Part shown: positions 24,340 to 37,965 of the stretch, in pieces | How the letters are laid out: every line of letters starts with the position of its first letter | Position numbering within the stretch: position 1 is the stretch's first letter | Origin: Mobula hypostoma | Lineage: Eukaryota | Direction: 5' to 3' | Assembly (NCBI RefSeq): GCF_963921235.1 | Contig: NC_086108.1 | Span: 78,804,001-78,868,000, forward strand | Length of the DNA: 64,000 bases | The notes under the pieces: generated by a model | Told to the model about the DNA's origin: nothing | What the model saw: the letters and a program-made list of their open reading frames with translations, nothing else | Databases searched by the model: none | Made by a program: the position numbers and the translations under genes

Positions 24340-25140
24340 GAGAAAGTATACAGTAAATGGCATAACCCTTAATGATTTACAGAAAGATTTTAGGACCCAG
24401 ATCCATAGCTCAGTGAAAGTGGCCACTCAGTGAAATAATAGATAAGGTGATAAAGGTGGTGTATTCCATGCTCACCATAGGGAAGTCAAGGTTGCAGCTG
24501 TACAGCCCTTTAGTCAGTCTGCACTAGGATTATTGTATGTCATTCAGTCACCTTATCAGATGAAGGATGTGAAGGCTTTGGGAAGGGTTCAGAAGCTGAC
24601 TAGATTCTAGGCTGCCTAGTTTAGAGGGTATGAGCAAGCAGAGGCTGAACAAACATGGGTTATTTTCTTCAGAGCGTTGGAATCCCTTTGTGGACTTCAG
24701 TTCAGAACACTATTTGCTTGCGTTTATTGTTTGCACAACTTGTTTTTTACTCTCTACACATTGGGAGTTTGATGTTCTTTTAAAAATTTTTTTTAGGTTT
24801 CTTGATTTCGCAGCTGCCTGTTAGGAGACGAATCTCAAGGTTGTATAAGGTATACACACTTTGATTATAACTGTACTTTCAACTCTGAACTTTGAGACTG
24901 AGGAGAAATGTGATATATTTATAAGATTATGAGAGGAATAGATAGGGTAAACAACAGAATATTTTCTCCCCCAGGGTAAAATATCAAATACGATAGGACA
25001 TGCTTTCAAGGTGAGAGGAAAAAGAATTTAAAGCGCCAAGATTTTTTTTCTCACTATGGTAGAAACATACAGTTTCCTTTGACATGTTGCTCGGTGCAGA
25101 TATTGTGGGCCAAAGGACCTGTTCCTGTGCTGTATTCTAA
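24340..25140 (+). mobile_element. Old CR1 3' fragment interrupted by a Rex1-type tail (about 24680-24895)
   Basis: Degenerate CR1 ORF2 C-terminal sequence and 3' UTR (gggccaaaggacctgttcctgtgctgta). Confidence 0.7.
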
Positions 25141-26084
25141 GGTCATTCACTATTAAATAATTATTGTTTAAATAATGAAGTGATTATGCTTCAGCACAGA
25201 GAAATTCTTCCATGAAAATAACCATTGGCAATAAGTAATTTTCTGTTTCTAGCTGTCGTTAAAATAATATGCAATCGTACATGTTTAATTGCGTGATCCT
25301 TTAATTCTTTCATTATTTTATTTGTTCACTAACTAAAGGAATAAAAAGGTTTCAAGTAAAATGAAGATTTTCAAAGGGATATTATTGTCATGGAAAGAAA
25401 GGGTGTAACTGATTTAGTGTAACCCTAAATGCACCAAGCTCCGTTAAACTTGATTATCTTTAAAAATGGAAGGAGTGCCGGTTACGTCTGCAGAGAAAAA
25501 AAAAGCATCCCCTTGATGGATGACAAGGGAGAACAAAGAGGAGTAAATTAAGAATTCAAATTAAAACTGGTAAGGTAAGCCAGAGAAAGAAAACACGAAG
25601 AATGAAAAAACAAATAAAATAAATTGCACAATCACAAAAAGCCTATTTATTTCTGTAATAGCCTGGTTCACAGGCTAAGACAGTAATTTTATCTTTTTAA
25701 TCTATGCTTAAGATCACAATTTATTTACACTCGAATTTGCTGGAATTGTTAACTGAACCCACAAACAATGCCTTGATATTCCTTTATTTTGCACTATTTT
25801 CTTATTTGGTCATTTATAGCAACTGTGTGTCTTTGCACTGTGCTGCTGTCACAAGTCACCAAAACTCACATCATGTGAGACAATTATAACAAACCTGATT
25901 CTGACAGATCGTCATGGTCTCAAAAGATTATCTGGGACATTATGGACACTTAATCCAAATGTTTATCTCTCTTAAAAAACTAAATAAAATGATAGAAAAT
26001 CAGCAATTATAAATGAAGTGTCATCTATATACACTAAGAGAATTAGAGAGAGAAAACTGAGGGGAAAAGAGCCTTTCTTGTTTC

Positions 26085-27482
26085 AGAAAGGCTCTAAGAA
26101 TAAACCAGGAAATTATAGGCCAGTGAGTTTGATATCAGTGGTGGTTAAATTATTGGAAAAGTATTCTAAGGGACCTGATATGGATGTATTTGGATAGTCA
26201 GGGACTGATTAGGGATTGTCCACATAGCTTTGTCATGTCTAACCAACCTTAAAGAGTTTCTTAAAGAAGTTACCAGGAAAGTTGATGAAGGCAAGGCAGT
26301 GGATTTTATCTACATGGACTTTAGCAAGGCCTTTAATAAGGTCCCACATGGGCGGTTGGTTAAGAAGGTTCATCTTGGAATTCAAGATGAGGAAGAAAAT
26401 TAAATTAGACATTGGCTTTGTGGGAGAAGCCAAAATGGTAGTAGATGCTTGCCTCTCTGACTAGAGGCCTGTGACTAGTGGAGTGCCACAGTAATCAGTG
26501 ATGAGTCCATGTTGTTTATCACCTATAATAATGATTTAGATGATAACGTGGTAAACTGGATCAACAGATTTGAAGATGACACCAAAATTGAGAGTGTAGT
26601 GGACAGTGAGGAAGGCTATTAAAGCTTGCAGTGGGATACAGACCAACTGGAAAAATCGGCTGAAAAAATAGCAGATAATATTTAGTACAGACAAGTGTGA
26701 GGTGTTTCACTTTGGGAGGACCAACCAAGGTGGGACTTACACGGTAAGTGGTAGGACACTGAGGAAAATAGCAGAACAGTGGGATCTGGGAATATGAATC
26801 CTTAATTCCTTGAAATTGACATCACAGGTTGAAAGGGTCATAAAGAAAGCTTTTGGTACACTGGCCTTTATAAATCAAACTACTGATTACAGGAGTTGAG
26901 ATGTAATCTTGAAGTTGTATAAGATGTTGGTGATACCTAATTTGGAGTATTGTGTGCAGTTTTGGTCACCTACCTACAGGAAAAATATCAGTAAGATTGA
27001 AAGACTGCAAAGAAAATTTACAAGGATGTTGACAGGATTCAGGGATCTGAATTATCAGGTAAGGTTGAATACGTTAGGACTTTATTCTTTAGAGCACAAG
27101 AAAATGAAGGGAGATTTGATAGAGGTATACAAAATTATGAGGGATACAAATAGGGTAAATGCAAGCATGCTTTTCCACTAAAGTTGGGTGAGACAACAAC
27201 TAGAGGTCAGGATTAAGGGTGAAAGGTGAAATGTTTAAAGGGAACATGAGGGGGGAGCTTCTTCACTGAGAGGGTGGTGAAAGCGTGGAACAAGCTACAA
27301 GCATAAGTGGTGGATGCAGGTTTGATTTCAATATTTAAAAGAAATTTGGACATTCAAGTATGAATGGGAGGTGTATGGAGGGCTATGCTCTGGGTGCAGG
27401 CCAATGGGATCAGGCGGATTAATGGTTCGGTATGTTCTAGATGGGCTGAAGGGTATTGTGTGCTGTGGTATTCTATGACTTT
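26085..27482 (+). mobile_element. CR1 3' half (decayed RT plus 3' UTR)
   Basis: KLYKMLVIPNLEYCVQFWSP..GDLIEVYKIM. RT motifs carry stops and frameshifts. Confidence 0.92.
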
Positions 27483-27617
27483 AAAAGGGAAAAAAACTAG
27501 GGAAAAAGTGAAGGTCAAAGTAAAAGTGGAAGAGAACTAAGTGACCAATATTTATAGAAACCATCGAATTGACCTTCACAAATTCTTTCATATATTGATC
27601 TCAAAATTTAGATCAAG

Positions 27618-28290
27618 GCGGAGGAGAAGATGGCGGCGCGACGCAGCACGCAGCGGCCACTCCGGTAAATGATATCTGTTATCTGTCAAGTAGGGTGTCG
27701 TGCACAATCCTGATTTGATGGAGACAGACGTGAGAGCACGGAGGAACATCTGGAGAAACTTCTGAAATGCCTGCTTTGCTGCTGCTGCCACTGTGTGATT
27801 CAGAATCTCCGGAGAAGAAGGTCCTCGACTTTGCTTGTTGCTCGGTGGCCGGGGCGGTGTCAAAACGCTCGGCAGAGATGGTGTTCAGGAGGCTGTATCG
27901 GAGGGGCTGGTCGGAGGCTCAAAGTTTTCAGATGGACTCAGAGTCAGCTGTGGTCGGGTGTTTCCAATGCATCGGCAGTTGTCGGCGCCTGGAGGTTTAT
28001 GGCAGGGAGAGTTTCCCCCTTTTGCCGTCTGCTATCGGGACTATCGGGAGTCGATCAGAACTTTGAGACTTTTTTTTTACCATGCCCATGGTCTGCTCTT
28101 ATCAAATTATGGTATTGCCTTGCACTGCTGTAACTATATGTTATAATTATGTGGGTTTGTCAGTGTTAGTCTTTGGTTTGTCCAGTTTTTTTGTGATATC
28201 ACTCTGGAGGAAATTGTATCATATCTTAATGCATGCATTTCTAAATGACAATAAACGAGGACTGAGTGTCCTCATAATCTAATCTAATCC
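27618..28290 (+). mobile_element. CpG-rich non-coding retroelement (non-autonomous, LINE-dependent)
   Basis: Starts ggagaagatggcggcg. Ends with aataaa and an (aatct)n tail. No credible ORF. Confidence 0.7.
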
Positions 28291-28604
28291 AAATTATTTC
28301 TAAAATTAACCTGATTTGCTTCATACATTGAAGATAATCAACTTCTGATAGCAACAAGAGTGGGGATAGCTATGCTGATGCAGGATTTTTTTTTAATAGC
28401 TGAAAGAACAACTCAGTCATTGAAAAAACTACCTACCCTGAAAGGTCATGTCATACTGATGCCTAAATCATATCTCCCCAAACAGATTGTCTACTCCCAG
28501 TTAAAGGAATGTTAGTGAGCCCCTGGTGGGCAAAGGAAACACTTCAAAGGTAAAAATCAAAATCATTCAGAAGTTGTTCAACATCACATCTAAAAACTGG
28601 GAAG

Positions 28605-29268
28605 ACACTGAACTCAGTATCACCTCCCTGAACAAGGCGGCACAGCAGTGCCTCCACTTCCTAAGATCGAGGAAAGTAAGGCTTCCCCTTCCCATCTTAA
28701 CTGTATTTTACAGGAGCACCACTGAGAGGGTCCTGACAAGTTGCATCTCCAACTGGTATGGGAGCAGTCCAGCACCAGACCAGAAATCTCTACAAAGGAC
28801 TGTGAGAACAGCTGAGAGGATCATCTCCCATCCATTGGAGACATTTATCAGGCGCTCAGCATGGGCAGAGCTCTTAGTATTATTAAGGATCCCACCCATC
28901 CATCCAGCATCCTCTTTGACTTTCTACCATCAGGCAGGAGACTACGATGCACAAAAAAAGGGAACGGTCAGGACGAGAAACAGTTTCTTCCCCCAGTCCA
29001 TTAGGCTTCTGAACTCCCTGCTGCATCGTATTCAAAGTGTCACTGATTAATCTGTTCTCTACCTTACAATATTTAATATTAATATACTTTAGTTTGTTAC
29101 TTATGTGTGATTCATCTGTAGATTTTATTCTCACCTTCAAAAGTTATCATATGTTATGTGTACTACCGTGCTTTGCACCCTGGTTCGAAGAAATGTCTCA
29201 TTTCTATATACATTATATATGTTACACACATGTATGCAGTTAGATGACAATAAACGTCACTTGACTTA
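28605..29268 (+). mobile_element. Rex1-type 3' fragment
   Basis: KAAQQCLHFLR..FYRSTTERVLTSCISNWYG..RTRNSFFPQSIRLLN and an aataaa..cttgactt tail. Confidence 0.88.
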
Positions 29269-29269
29269 A

Positions 29270-29500
29270 GATACACCTGGAGTAAATCTGGTCAAGAGGG
29301 AGCTGCACTACATGGGAATGATCTCCACCATGCCACAGAGAGCAAACGGCAGCTGCAAAAGGAGAGAATGAACAACCAAAAGAGCCAAACACTAACCACA
29401 GACATCACTTACTCATGCCCACACTGCACCAGAACACGAGGGCCCCGGGTCAGCCTCTGTAGCCCACCGATAAACAACCCTTAAGGAGAACATCAAACTG
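29270..29500 (+). mobile_element. Probable RTE LINE 3' remnant
   Basis: Encodes a CPHCTR-like terminal motif typical of RTE ORF ends. Confidence 0.45.
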
Positions 29501-29567
29501 CAATTATTTTCAGTGGTGAGGCTAATGGATTTGTGAATCCTATTCTCTTCTCTGTAGGCTGTCCTTC

Positions 29568-30052
29568 AGAGGCTCTATGCATTTAAAGGCCACAAAAGAA
29601 TGAGAGGCCCTGTGGGGTTAGAGGCATGGCAGCAATCAGAGCCCTCTGAGGTCAGCATGATGTTGAGGTCAGAGGGCCAGTGGACTCTGAGATCCCACGG
29701 GTCTGAAAGCAATAAGGAAGTTAGAGGTCTTCAGGAATTAAAGGGGCAACACAGAATCTAGAGGCGCGATGGGGTTAGAGCACTGTGCGAGCCAAAAGTC
29801 CCGTGAGGGTTAAGGACAGTGGGGAGACAGAGGTCTCTTGGGTTTAGGGGTGTTATAGAAGTCAGATGCCCAATAGGTTTAGAAGCAGCTTAGTAAACAG
29901 AGAACCTATGGGGTTAGATGAGACGGGGAACTCGAGGCCCCATGTAGTTAGGTGCAGATCAGAAAACAAGGCCTCTGAGATTTAAGGGACAGAGCAGTTG
30001 ACAATATCTTGGGGGCTGATGACAGACCTGGAGACAGAGACACACTGGGGCC
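29568..30052. repeat. Degenerate tandem array with 17/18-bp monomers and a ~35-bp dimer period
   Basis: Units such as agaggccctgtggggtt, agaggcgcgatggggtt, agaggtctcttgggttt, agagaacctatggggtt and gaggccccatgtagtt. Confidence 0.75.
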
Positions 30053-31030
30053 ACACATCTGCCTTCATCTCCCACCACCATAACAGTGATGGGATTTCCC
30101 TTGTCCTTAACTACTACACTACAAGCTCATATGCAGCACATCATTGTCTGTAACTACCACGATATCCAGTGGGATCCTACCACAAAGTACATCTTTCCAC
30201 TTCACTTTCCGCATTCCACAGGGATTGCTCTCTACATGACTCTCTTGTTTACTCATCCTTCCCCAGTGAGCTGCCTCCCAACACGTATCCTTACAGGTGC
30301 GACAAGTGTCACACCTGCCTCTACACCTCCTCCCCCACCACCATTCGGGGCCACACAGACCTTCCAGGTAGGAGACACTTCACCACCGAGTCTGTCAGAG
30401 TCATCTGTAGTATCTGGTTCTTCTCTCAGTGCAGCCTCTTCTACACCAGTGAAACCAGATGTAGATGGGAGGGATCACTTCGTCGAGCACCTTCACACTG
30501 TCCGCCGCGTAAGGCAGGATCTTTCAGCAGCTACCTAGACTCTGGCTGGAGGAGCAATACCTCATAAACCATCTGGGTAGCTTTCAACCTGATCACACAA
30601 ACATCAATTTCTCTAACTTCCAGTAACATTTTTTTCTCCTCCCCATACTCCATTCTTCTGGTTCCCCTCTCATCCCTTCTCTTCTGCATACTTGCCCATC
30701 TCCTCCCTCTAGTGCTCATCCTCCTTCCCCATCTTCTGTGGTCCACTGTCTTCTCCTATTAAATTTCTTCTTCTTTAGCCCTTTATCTCTTCCACCTATC
30801 GCCTCCCCCAACAATGCAACTTCCCCCTCACCTGGTTTCAACTACCACCTGCTAGCCTGTACTCCTTCCCACCTCCTTATTCTGGCTTCTGCCCCCTTCC
30901 TTTCCAGTCCAGACAAAGGGTCACACCGCCTGTTTACTCCCCTCTGTAAATGCTGCCTGACTTGCTGAGTTCCTCTATTATTTTGAGCATGTTGCTCAAG
31001 ATTTCCAGCATCTACAGAATCTCTCGAGTT
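30053..31030 (+). mobile_element. Penelope-like element 3' part (decayed GIY-YIG region plus pLTR)
   Basis: TYPYRCDKCHTC..HFTTESVRVICSIW..CSLFYTSET..DHFVEHL. Pyrimidine tract and terminal gctgcctgacttgctgagttcctc. Confidence 0.85.
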
Positions 31031-31646
31031 CAATATTAAAAAGCGAATGTTCCTTCACCAATAAATGCTAGATTCTTAAAGAAACTAATAAAAGCAGATA
31101 CTATTGGTTCAGCATTAGCAGGTGCTTTTGGGCTGAACTCAGGCCCTGTATATTACAGTAGAAGTAAAATCTCCAGTGTTTGTAACACATCAAGAAATAC
31201 AAGTCTCAGTACAAAAGAAATTTCACCTCCCTCTGAGCACATTCTGAATGTCTGTCACCAAGGATGCAATTCCCATCGTGCTAACAGTCAGGCAATATTT
31301 AATTTCATGCATTTTAGTTACAGTAGGTTTAAAGAGATTGATATCTGCCCATTTCACCTTTGTCATAAGATTGTAGTAATGCTTACTAGCTATGCAAGTC
31401 ATGCTACATTTACCAGGTGCTGATTTTAATGCTTTTACATCTACTGTTTAAATCGGACTTCAATCTAGTCAAGTACATTGATACATTTACTAATTAGGAA
31501 TGATCATTCCCTGTTACAAGTGGAGGTGCCCATTTTCCTTACTCTCCCACTTTTAATTGGTTTCATTCATTAACTTGGTGTGCTATATGGTCAGACTCCA
31601 ACCAGCACAGTCAAAAAGATCTGCTGATAACTTCAAGATCTACTGA

Positions 31647-32035
31647 TAAGAACACAAGAATAGGGGCAGGAGGCAGCCATTCAATAAAATAACAGCTGAT
31701 CTGGCCGTGATCTCATTTCTACCTGTCTGCCTTTTCACCATCACCATTAATTCCTCTGCTCTGCAAAAAATCTACGTCTTTTAATCAGAGAGAGACTCTA
31801 CTCCTTCCGTGGGCAGAGAATTCAACAGATTCACTATTCTCTGGGTAAAGCAGTTTCTCCTCATCTCCATCCTAAATATTCCCCTGAATCTTGAAGCTAT
31901 GTCCCCTAGTTCTAGTCACAACTACCAGTGGATGAAAACAAAATTTCCTTCCTGTATCTCATCTACCTCCTTCATAACGTTTCATGTTTCTATAAGATCC
32001 CTCTCATTCTTCTGATTTCTGGCAAGTACAGTCCT
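31647..32035 (-). mobile_element. CR1 3' fragment
   Basis: taagaacacaagaataggggcagga tail. GREFNRFTILWVK is the typical antisense translation. Confidence 0.8.
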
Positions 32036-32220
32036 GATAATAAACATATATTAAACAATTAGTTATTATTAAAAACAAAACCTGATTCTCACTTTTCAAG
32101 GGATCAAGGCAACAGATAATGTCACGCACACACAAAATGCTGGAGGAACCAAAGAGAAGATTTAATCTTCTTCAGGGTAGACACATTTCAAAGAGCCTTG
32201 GTAGTGGAGCAGCAAATCGT

Positions 32221-32590
32221 AAACATGAGAGATTCTACAAATGCTGGAGATCCAGAGTAACTCACACAACATGCTGGAGGAGCTCAGAAGTTTAAATCTT
32301 CACTTTGATGGGAGCTCAATGAGACCCTCTCTCACTGCTACCCCTCTGATTGACTCTTTGACAATGTGCTTATCCAGACACACTTCTACATCCCTTGTTC
32401 TTCACCCATCACATGCCAGTTTATAATCTTTCCCCTCTTCACACCTTCTTATTCTGTTCTTATTCTGGCTCCACTACCCCCCCCCCACCCCACTTTCCGG
32501 TCTTGAGGAAGGGTCTCGACCCAAAACGTCACTATCGATTATTTTGTGTGTGTTATTCTGGATTTCTAGCATCTGCAGAATCTCGTGTTT
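32221..32590. mobile_element. Penelope-derived element with inverted ends
   Basis: aaacatgagagattctacaaatgctgg at the left end and ctagcatctgcagaatctcgtgttt at the right end. Degenerate hammerhead at about 32500-32532. Confidence 0.7.
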
Positions 32591-33474
32591 AAAACAGATT
32601 GTCTTTAGGTCTTATATTCCAAGCACCGTCTTGCTTTCATAATTTTTTTAAAGCAGACAAGTTTTAAAAAGTTTTTACAAGTTTTTATACTACTTAATAA
32701 GAACATAAGGACCATAAATAGGCAACTTGGCCTTTCAAGTCTATCACCAAGAGAAGTAATCCCTTTGAACCCTGCTTTTAATTGACCTCCCCCTAATCTT
32801 GTAACTGTCAGTTAAAAACCTGTAACTAGTTCAGCTACATTGTACAAATATGAAACATTTTGGACGTATGCATAGTAAATGAACACATCTGTTTATTGTG
32901 ATAGCCACACAAGATCATCAATCAGGCATATTCTGAAATACATCTTCACCAATGACATAATAACGGGCCATCAATAGTGATTAATACCATTCCTTTTGAA
33001 TGGTTAATTACCCATCCAACTGCACTTAGAAAATTAAATGCAGACAAATGAAATTGGATAAATGACGGACACTTCACAATGCCATGAAAGTGCCCAAAAG
33101 GACGAATTTGGAATTTGCTGACCCAAATATTCTCAGCAAGCCTGCCACTTCTTTCCAGTGACAGACACTCAGTTTGGCTGCACAACTACACTTGATTTAT
33201 AAATGGGACTGGAAGAGGAATTGGAGAATTTGTATATTTTCTTGAGAGTTCCATCTTGCCTACTTTCTATCATTTTACTGCAATGTATCAATGTTCAGTC
33301 AGCAGCAGATCACCATGTCTGTTCATCACACTAAATCCTTGTAGAAATGTTGCTGAAAACAGGAAGCATTTCTATCAAGAGACTGCAGCTGCACCACCAC
33401 TACTGCAATTCTGACTTAATATTGACAGGAAAAGTCTAATATCACGGTGCCACATCTCCTTATAGTTCCTTGCA

Positions 33475-33786
33475 ATACAGAAAGAGGCCCTTTGACTCAT
33501 CCAGTCTATGCCAGCTCTCAGAACATTCCTATTAATCCCTTTCTCTGCAATTTTTCTCTCTTATCACCCGTACTTTTGCCACCTACCTGCACGAGGGGTA
33601 ATCTAGAGAGCTCAATTAAACCAGCCACCTTTTGGAATGTGGAAGGTAACCACAGCATCCATGGAAACTGAAATGGTTATGGTGAAACCACGCAGACTTC
33701 ATGTAGACAGCACGAAAGGCCAGGATTGAATCCGGGTTTGCTGGAGGCATGGAGCAGCACTCTGACATACTGTACCACTTGGCCAC
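33475..33786 (-). mobile_element. Degraded HE1-like SINE
   Basis: B-box (caggattgaatccggg on plus), V-domain remnant and CR1-like tail. Confidence 0.7.
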
Positions 33787-33900
33787 ACAATATTCACCAT
33801 CTTATTCCAATGTTTTATGTATCTAAAAAATAACAAAAGTTATTATGTCCAAATGGGGTTTTCTGGAAGTGCTGGCACAGATGAAAGTAATTTCCCACTG

Positions 33901-34170
33901 ACACTAGAGATTCTGTAGATGCTGGAAATGTTGAATAAAGCACAAAAATGTTGGAGGATCTCAGCAGGTCAGGAAGCATTTATGGAAAAGAATAAACAAT
34001 CGGTGCTTCTGACCTTGACCCTTCATCAGGACCAGAAAAGAAGCAGGCTGGCTTCTGCCTTCTTCCCTTTCAGTCATGATGAAGGGTCTCGGCCCGAAAT
34101 ATTTATCACCCCCCCCCATAAACGCTGCCTGACTTGCTGAATTCCTCCAGCATTTTGTGTATGTTGCTCA
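33901..34170. mobile_element. Penelope-derived hairpin element with two opposed hammerhead remnants
   Basis: The arms are reverse complements. cccttcatcagg at about 34019-34030 and tgatgaagggtctcggcccgaaa at about 34077-34099. Confidence 0.8.
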
Positions 34171-34489
34171 CTCATTTCTATGCCTCATTACGCCAAGGTG
34201 GTAATAGTACGCCAGTGGCTTAGTCAACATGATCTTCACTGCATAATAATTCCAAGAAACATACAAAGAGCACCAGTTTGTTATACATGGCCTTTTCCAA
34301 CCTCCTGAAAGATTTTGATTCCATCAACCACAAGGAACTATGGAACAATCCCCCTAAAGTTCAAAGCCAACAACGAATAGTCTCCATCTAATGCCTGCCT
34401 AGCAACAGCAGGCAAGATGCAATCCCAACCAATGCGTCTACAACAGAATTAATCTCATTGTCATTTTCCAGTGATGATTTGGTGTGTCA

Positions 34490-34713
34490 TATTAAAGGGG
34501 GTGAATATTTATGCAATCAATTATTTTGTGTTTTATATTTGTAATTAATTTAGATCACTTTACAGAGATCCGGTTTCACTTCGACAGGAAAGCGTCTTTT
34601 TCTGTTAAATACTGTCAAAAAAGCCATATTAAATCCATTTGATTCAATGTTATAAAACAATCAAACATGAAAATTTCCAAACGGGTGGGCGAATACTTTT
34701 TATAGGCTCTGTA
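34490..34713 (+). mobile_element. Tc1-like terminal IR/DR remnant
   Basis: Two direct-repeat-like motifs (ggggtgaatatttatgca and gggcgaatactttttataggctctgTA) about 200 bp apart, ending in TA. Confidence 0.65.
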
Positions 34714-36669
34714 CATTGGGTTGAGCTACATGCAATTAACAGAATTGCATGTCCCTCACATTGTTGATTAGTCATTAAGCCCGTTGCCTGTCGTTTGCAG
34801 AAACGCTGCTTGTAAAAAATAGGCTCATGCAGCAGAATTTCTCCAACCTTCTTTTACTGAGACCACCATATTTCAAAACACACTCTCAACAGGGCACATA
34901 TTATCAATGTAATCATTTCTCATCACTTTCATATCTGTAAATAACTATGGATTATTAGGCATAGCATCACTGTAAACCACAAAAATACAATTGCAATCAA
35001 TTTTTGTTCAGATTACTTGTGACTCATCACTCCTTGTAATCTGCTTTATAGCAAGGTTTAAAAAAATACAGCTTCCCTTGCTCTCCATCGACACACAGGA
35101 AAGATAATTTAAACTTTTAAGTTGTCAGTGGAAAAGAAAATGGTGTAAGATTTAAAATCCACCATTATTCCTCTAGAAAATAATAAAATTACAATTCTCC
35201 CTCAAAGACAGGAAAAGTGGTGGATTCGTGAGACAGAAAGAGGAGGAAAAAGCAAGTGTGAGAAGTGACAGAAAAGCATAGACAAAAGAAAGGTGAAGAT
35301 AAAGGAATGAAACAAAAGTAAATAAAAATTAGCAAATGCTGCATTATAATCCAACTTCTATTACCCAAAATCAATTTGGATTAAGAACCTATTAAATAGT
35401 TATTAACAATTCCATGAAAAACAAATAAGCATAAAGCTGCAAATATGTCCAGATTTTTCAAAGATGGAGTTTTGTCATGGCAAATTATCTGTGCTAATAG
35501 AAAAAGCAAGAAGGCAGAACAATACAGTTTGTAAATGTCAACAAGATTTTTACAATAAGCATAAATTTAAATGACTCCTCTAATAAATTATCAGGGGGCA
35601 TTTCTTCAGTCGAAGTGAAAAGCAGCAACATAAAATCTCAAACACAGTAATCAACATCTGACATGCCCTCATCTATTCCGTTTCACTCTCGACCAACTTA
35701 CCTTAAACAGGTTGGAATTGCAAGTTGATGAGTGAAAGAATTATCCTTAAATAACACTTAAGTATAAAAAGATTTTGGAGCCTTTTAATGACATAGGTTA
35801 GTCTCCTACCTTACCTCATCCCACTCCCCTTCAAAACAGATAATGGACAGTCTCCAATTGTATTTCTGAAGCTACAATATTCATTCAATATAACCGATAT
35901 TTTGGTTCAGGTAGTGGTTCAGTCAAGTCCCAGCTCTTTGTAGAGAAACTCAGCTCTGAAGCCTGAATACTTGGATGATGCTAAAGTGGCTAGAGCATTG
36001 AAGGGCAAATTTAGAGACATTCCAGAGGAAAAGAGAACAGGAAATATCTAAAGAGATCTCCTACACGAGAGAGAAAACATGTGGAAACTAGTAGGAAGAA
36101 ACAATTATAACGAACACTGCCACTATAAAACAAACGGTATATATCAATTTTCAAAACAATAAAAGCAATTAAAAAAAGCTATGCTGCTTCTTGAAAAGAA
36201 GTGGTTTAATTGAGAGATGACTACCTTACTTTCCCTTTTCTATTTTCTATTTATGATTTATAATTTAAATTTTTAATATTTACTAGGGAGCGTGAAGCAC
36301 AGATTCAAATATCGCTGTGATGATTGTACACTCTAGTATCAATTGTTTGGCGACAATAAAGTAAAGTAAGATGTTATCAAAGTAGTAAAAAAATCTACAA
36401 CAAACTGAGGAACTCCCAGACTGTCTTTACTTATGACTCAGAAAAAGCCTCAAATAATCCTCCCCAGTGGGCCACATGAGCCTCAGTCAGTCAGAGAATA
36501 GATCGCTGTTCCAAAACACTAATGTGCAACTGGAAAACTGATAAAGCATGTTTTTTATATTTTCTTTGACAATTAAAGAGAGTTTTCTCCTTGATACTTC
36601 CCATTTTATTTCCAGATTGGAGTTAGTGCTGCTCAATTTGGGAATCCTGAAACATACAGAAAATAAAAC

Positions 36670-37965
36670 TAATAGAACATAGACTAGTACAGCACAGGAA
36701 TAGGCCCTTTGGCCCAAATTATGTGCCAAAGCAAATGGCCAACTAAACTAATCCCTTGTCTACACAACGTCCATATCCTTCCATTTTCATCGCCTTCATT
36801 TGCCTATATAAACGCCTCTTAAAGGTCCCTAATGTATCTGCCTCTACCACCCCTCCAGACAGCGCATTCTAGGCACCCACCACTCCCTGTGTAAAAAAAC
36901 ACTTGCCCTTCACATCTCCTTTGAAACCCCCCTCTCGCCTTAAATGCATGCCCTCTGATATTAGGCATTTCAACCCAGGGAAAAAGATACTGGCTGTGTA
37001 CTCTATCTATGCCTCTCATAAACTTATAAACCTCTATCAGAACTCCCTTCAGCCTCTGCTGCTCCAGAGAAAACAACACAACTTTGTCCAGCCTCTCGTT
37101 TTAGCACATGCCCTCTAATCCAGCAGTATCCGGCTAAACCTCTTTTCACCCTCTCCGTAGCCTTGATATCCGTACTATAAAGGGGGTTACTTGGACTGTG
37201 TGCAATACACCAGATGCAGGTTAACTAAAGTTTTATAAAACTGTAACTACAAGTTCCTGAATTTTGAACTCAATGTCTCGACTAATAAAGGGAAGCATGC
37301 CATATGCCTTCTTAATACCCTATCAACCTGTGTAGCCATTCTCAGGGGGCTATGAATCTGGACCCCGAGATCCCTCTGCTTATCAACACTGTTCAGGGTA
37401 TTGCTGTTAACAGTGTATTGTCCCTTTACATTTGACTTGCCAAGGTGAAATACCTCACATTTGGCCAGGTTAAGCTCTATCTTCCATTTCCCCACCCATA
37501 TCTGTAAATGATCTATTTCCTGCTGTATTCTTTGTCAGTCTTCTATGCTATTCACAATGCCAATCTTCATCTACAACCTTACTAATCCACCCATCTACAT
37601 TTTCATCCATGTATTGACATACTTCACAAACAGCAGAGGTCCCAATACAGATCCCCGCAGAACACCACTAATCACCGACCTACCTCCAGCTGGAAGAAGT
37701 CCCTTCAGCCACCACCCCCTAGCCTTCATAGATCAGAACAAGCCAGCTCTGCATTCAAATGGCCAATTCCCCATTGACCTTATGCATCTTAATCTTCTAA
37801 TAAGCCTCTGATGAGGGATCTTATCAAATGCATTACTGAAATGCACGAAGACAACATCTACAGCTCTACCTTCATCAACCATCCTTGCCACCTCATCAAA
37901 AAAACTCAATCCAGTTAGTGAGGCACAATTTGCCTCATGCAAATCCATGCAGGCTCTCCCTAATA
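36670..37965 (-). mobile_element. CR1 3' half, decayed
   Basis: VDEGRAVDVVFVHFSNAFDKIPH, WKIELNLAKCEVFH and GVLIEVYKFMRGIDRV. Confidence 0.9.

Noticed and set aside
29568..30052. CRISPR-like repeat/spacer appearance
   Set aside because: Repeats are highly degenerate, the 'spacers' derive from the same monomer, there are no cas genes, and the context is vertebrate.
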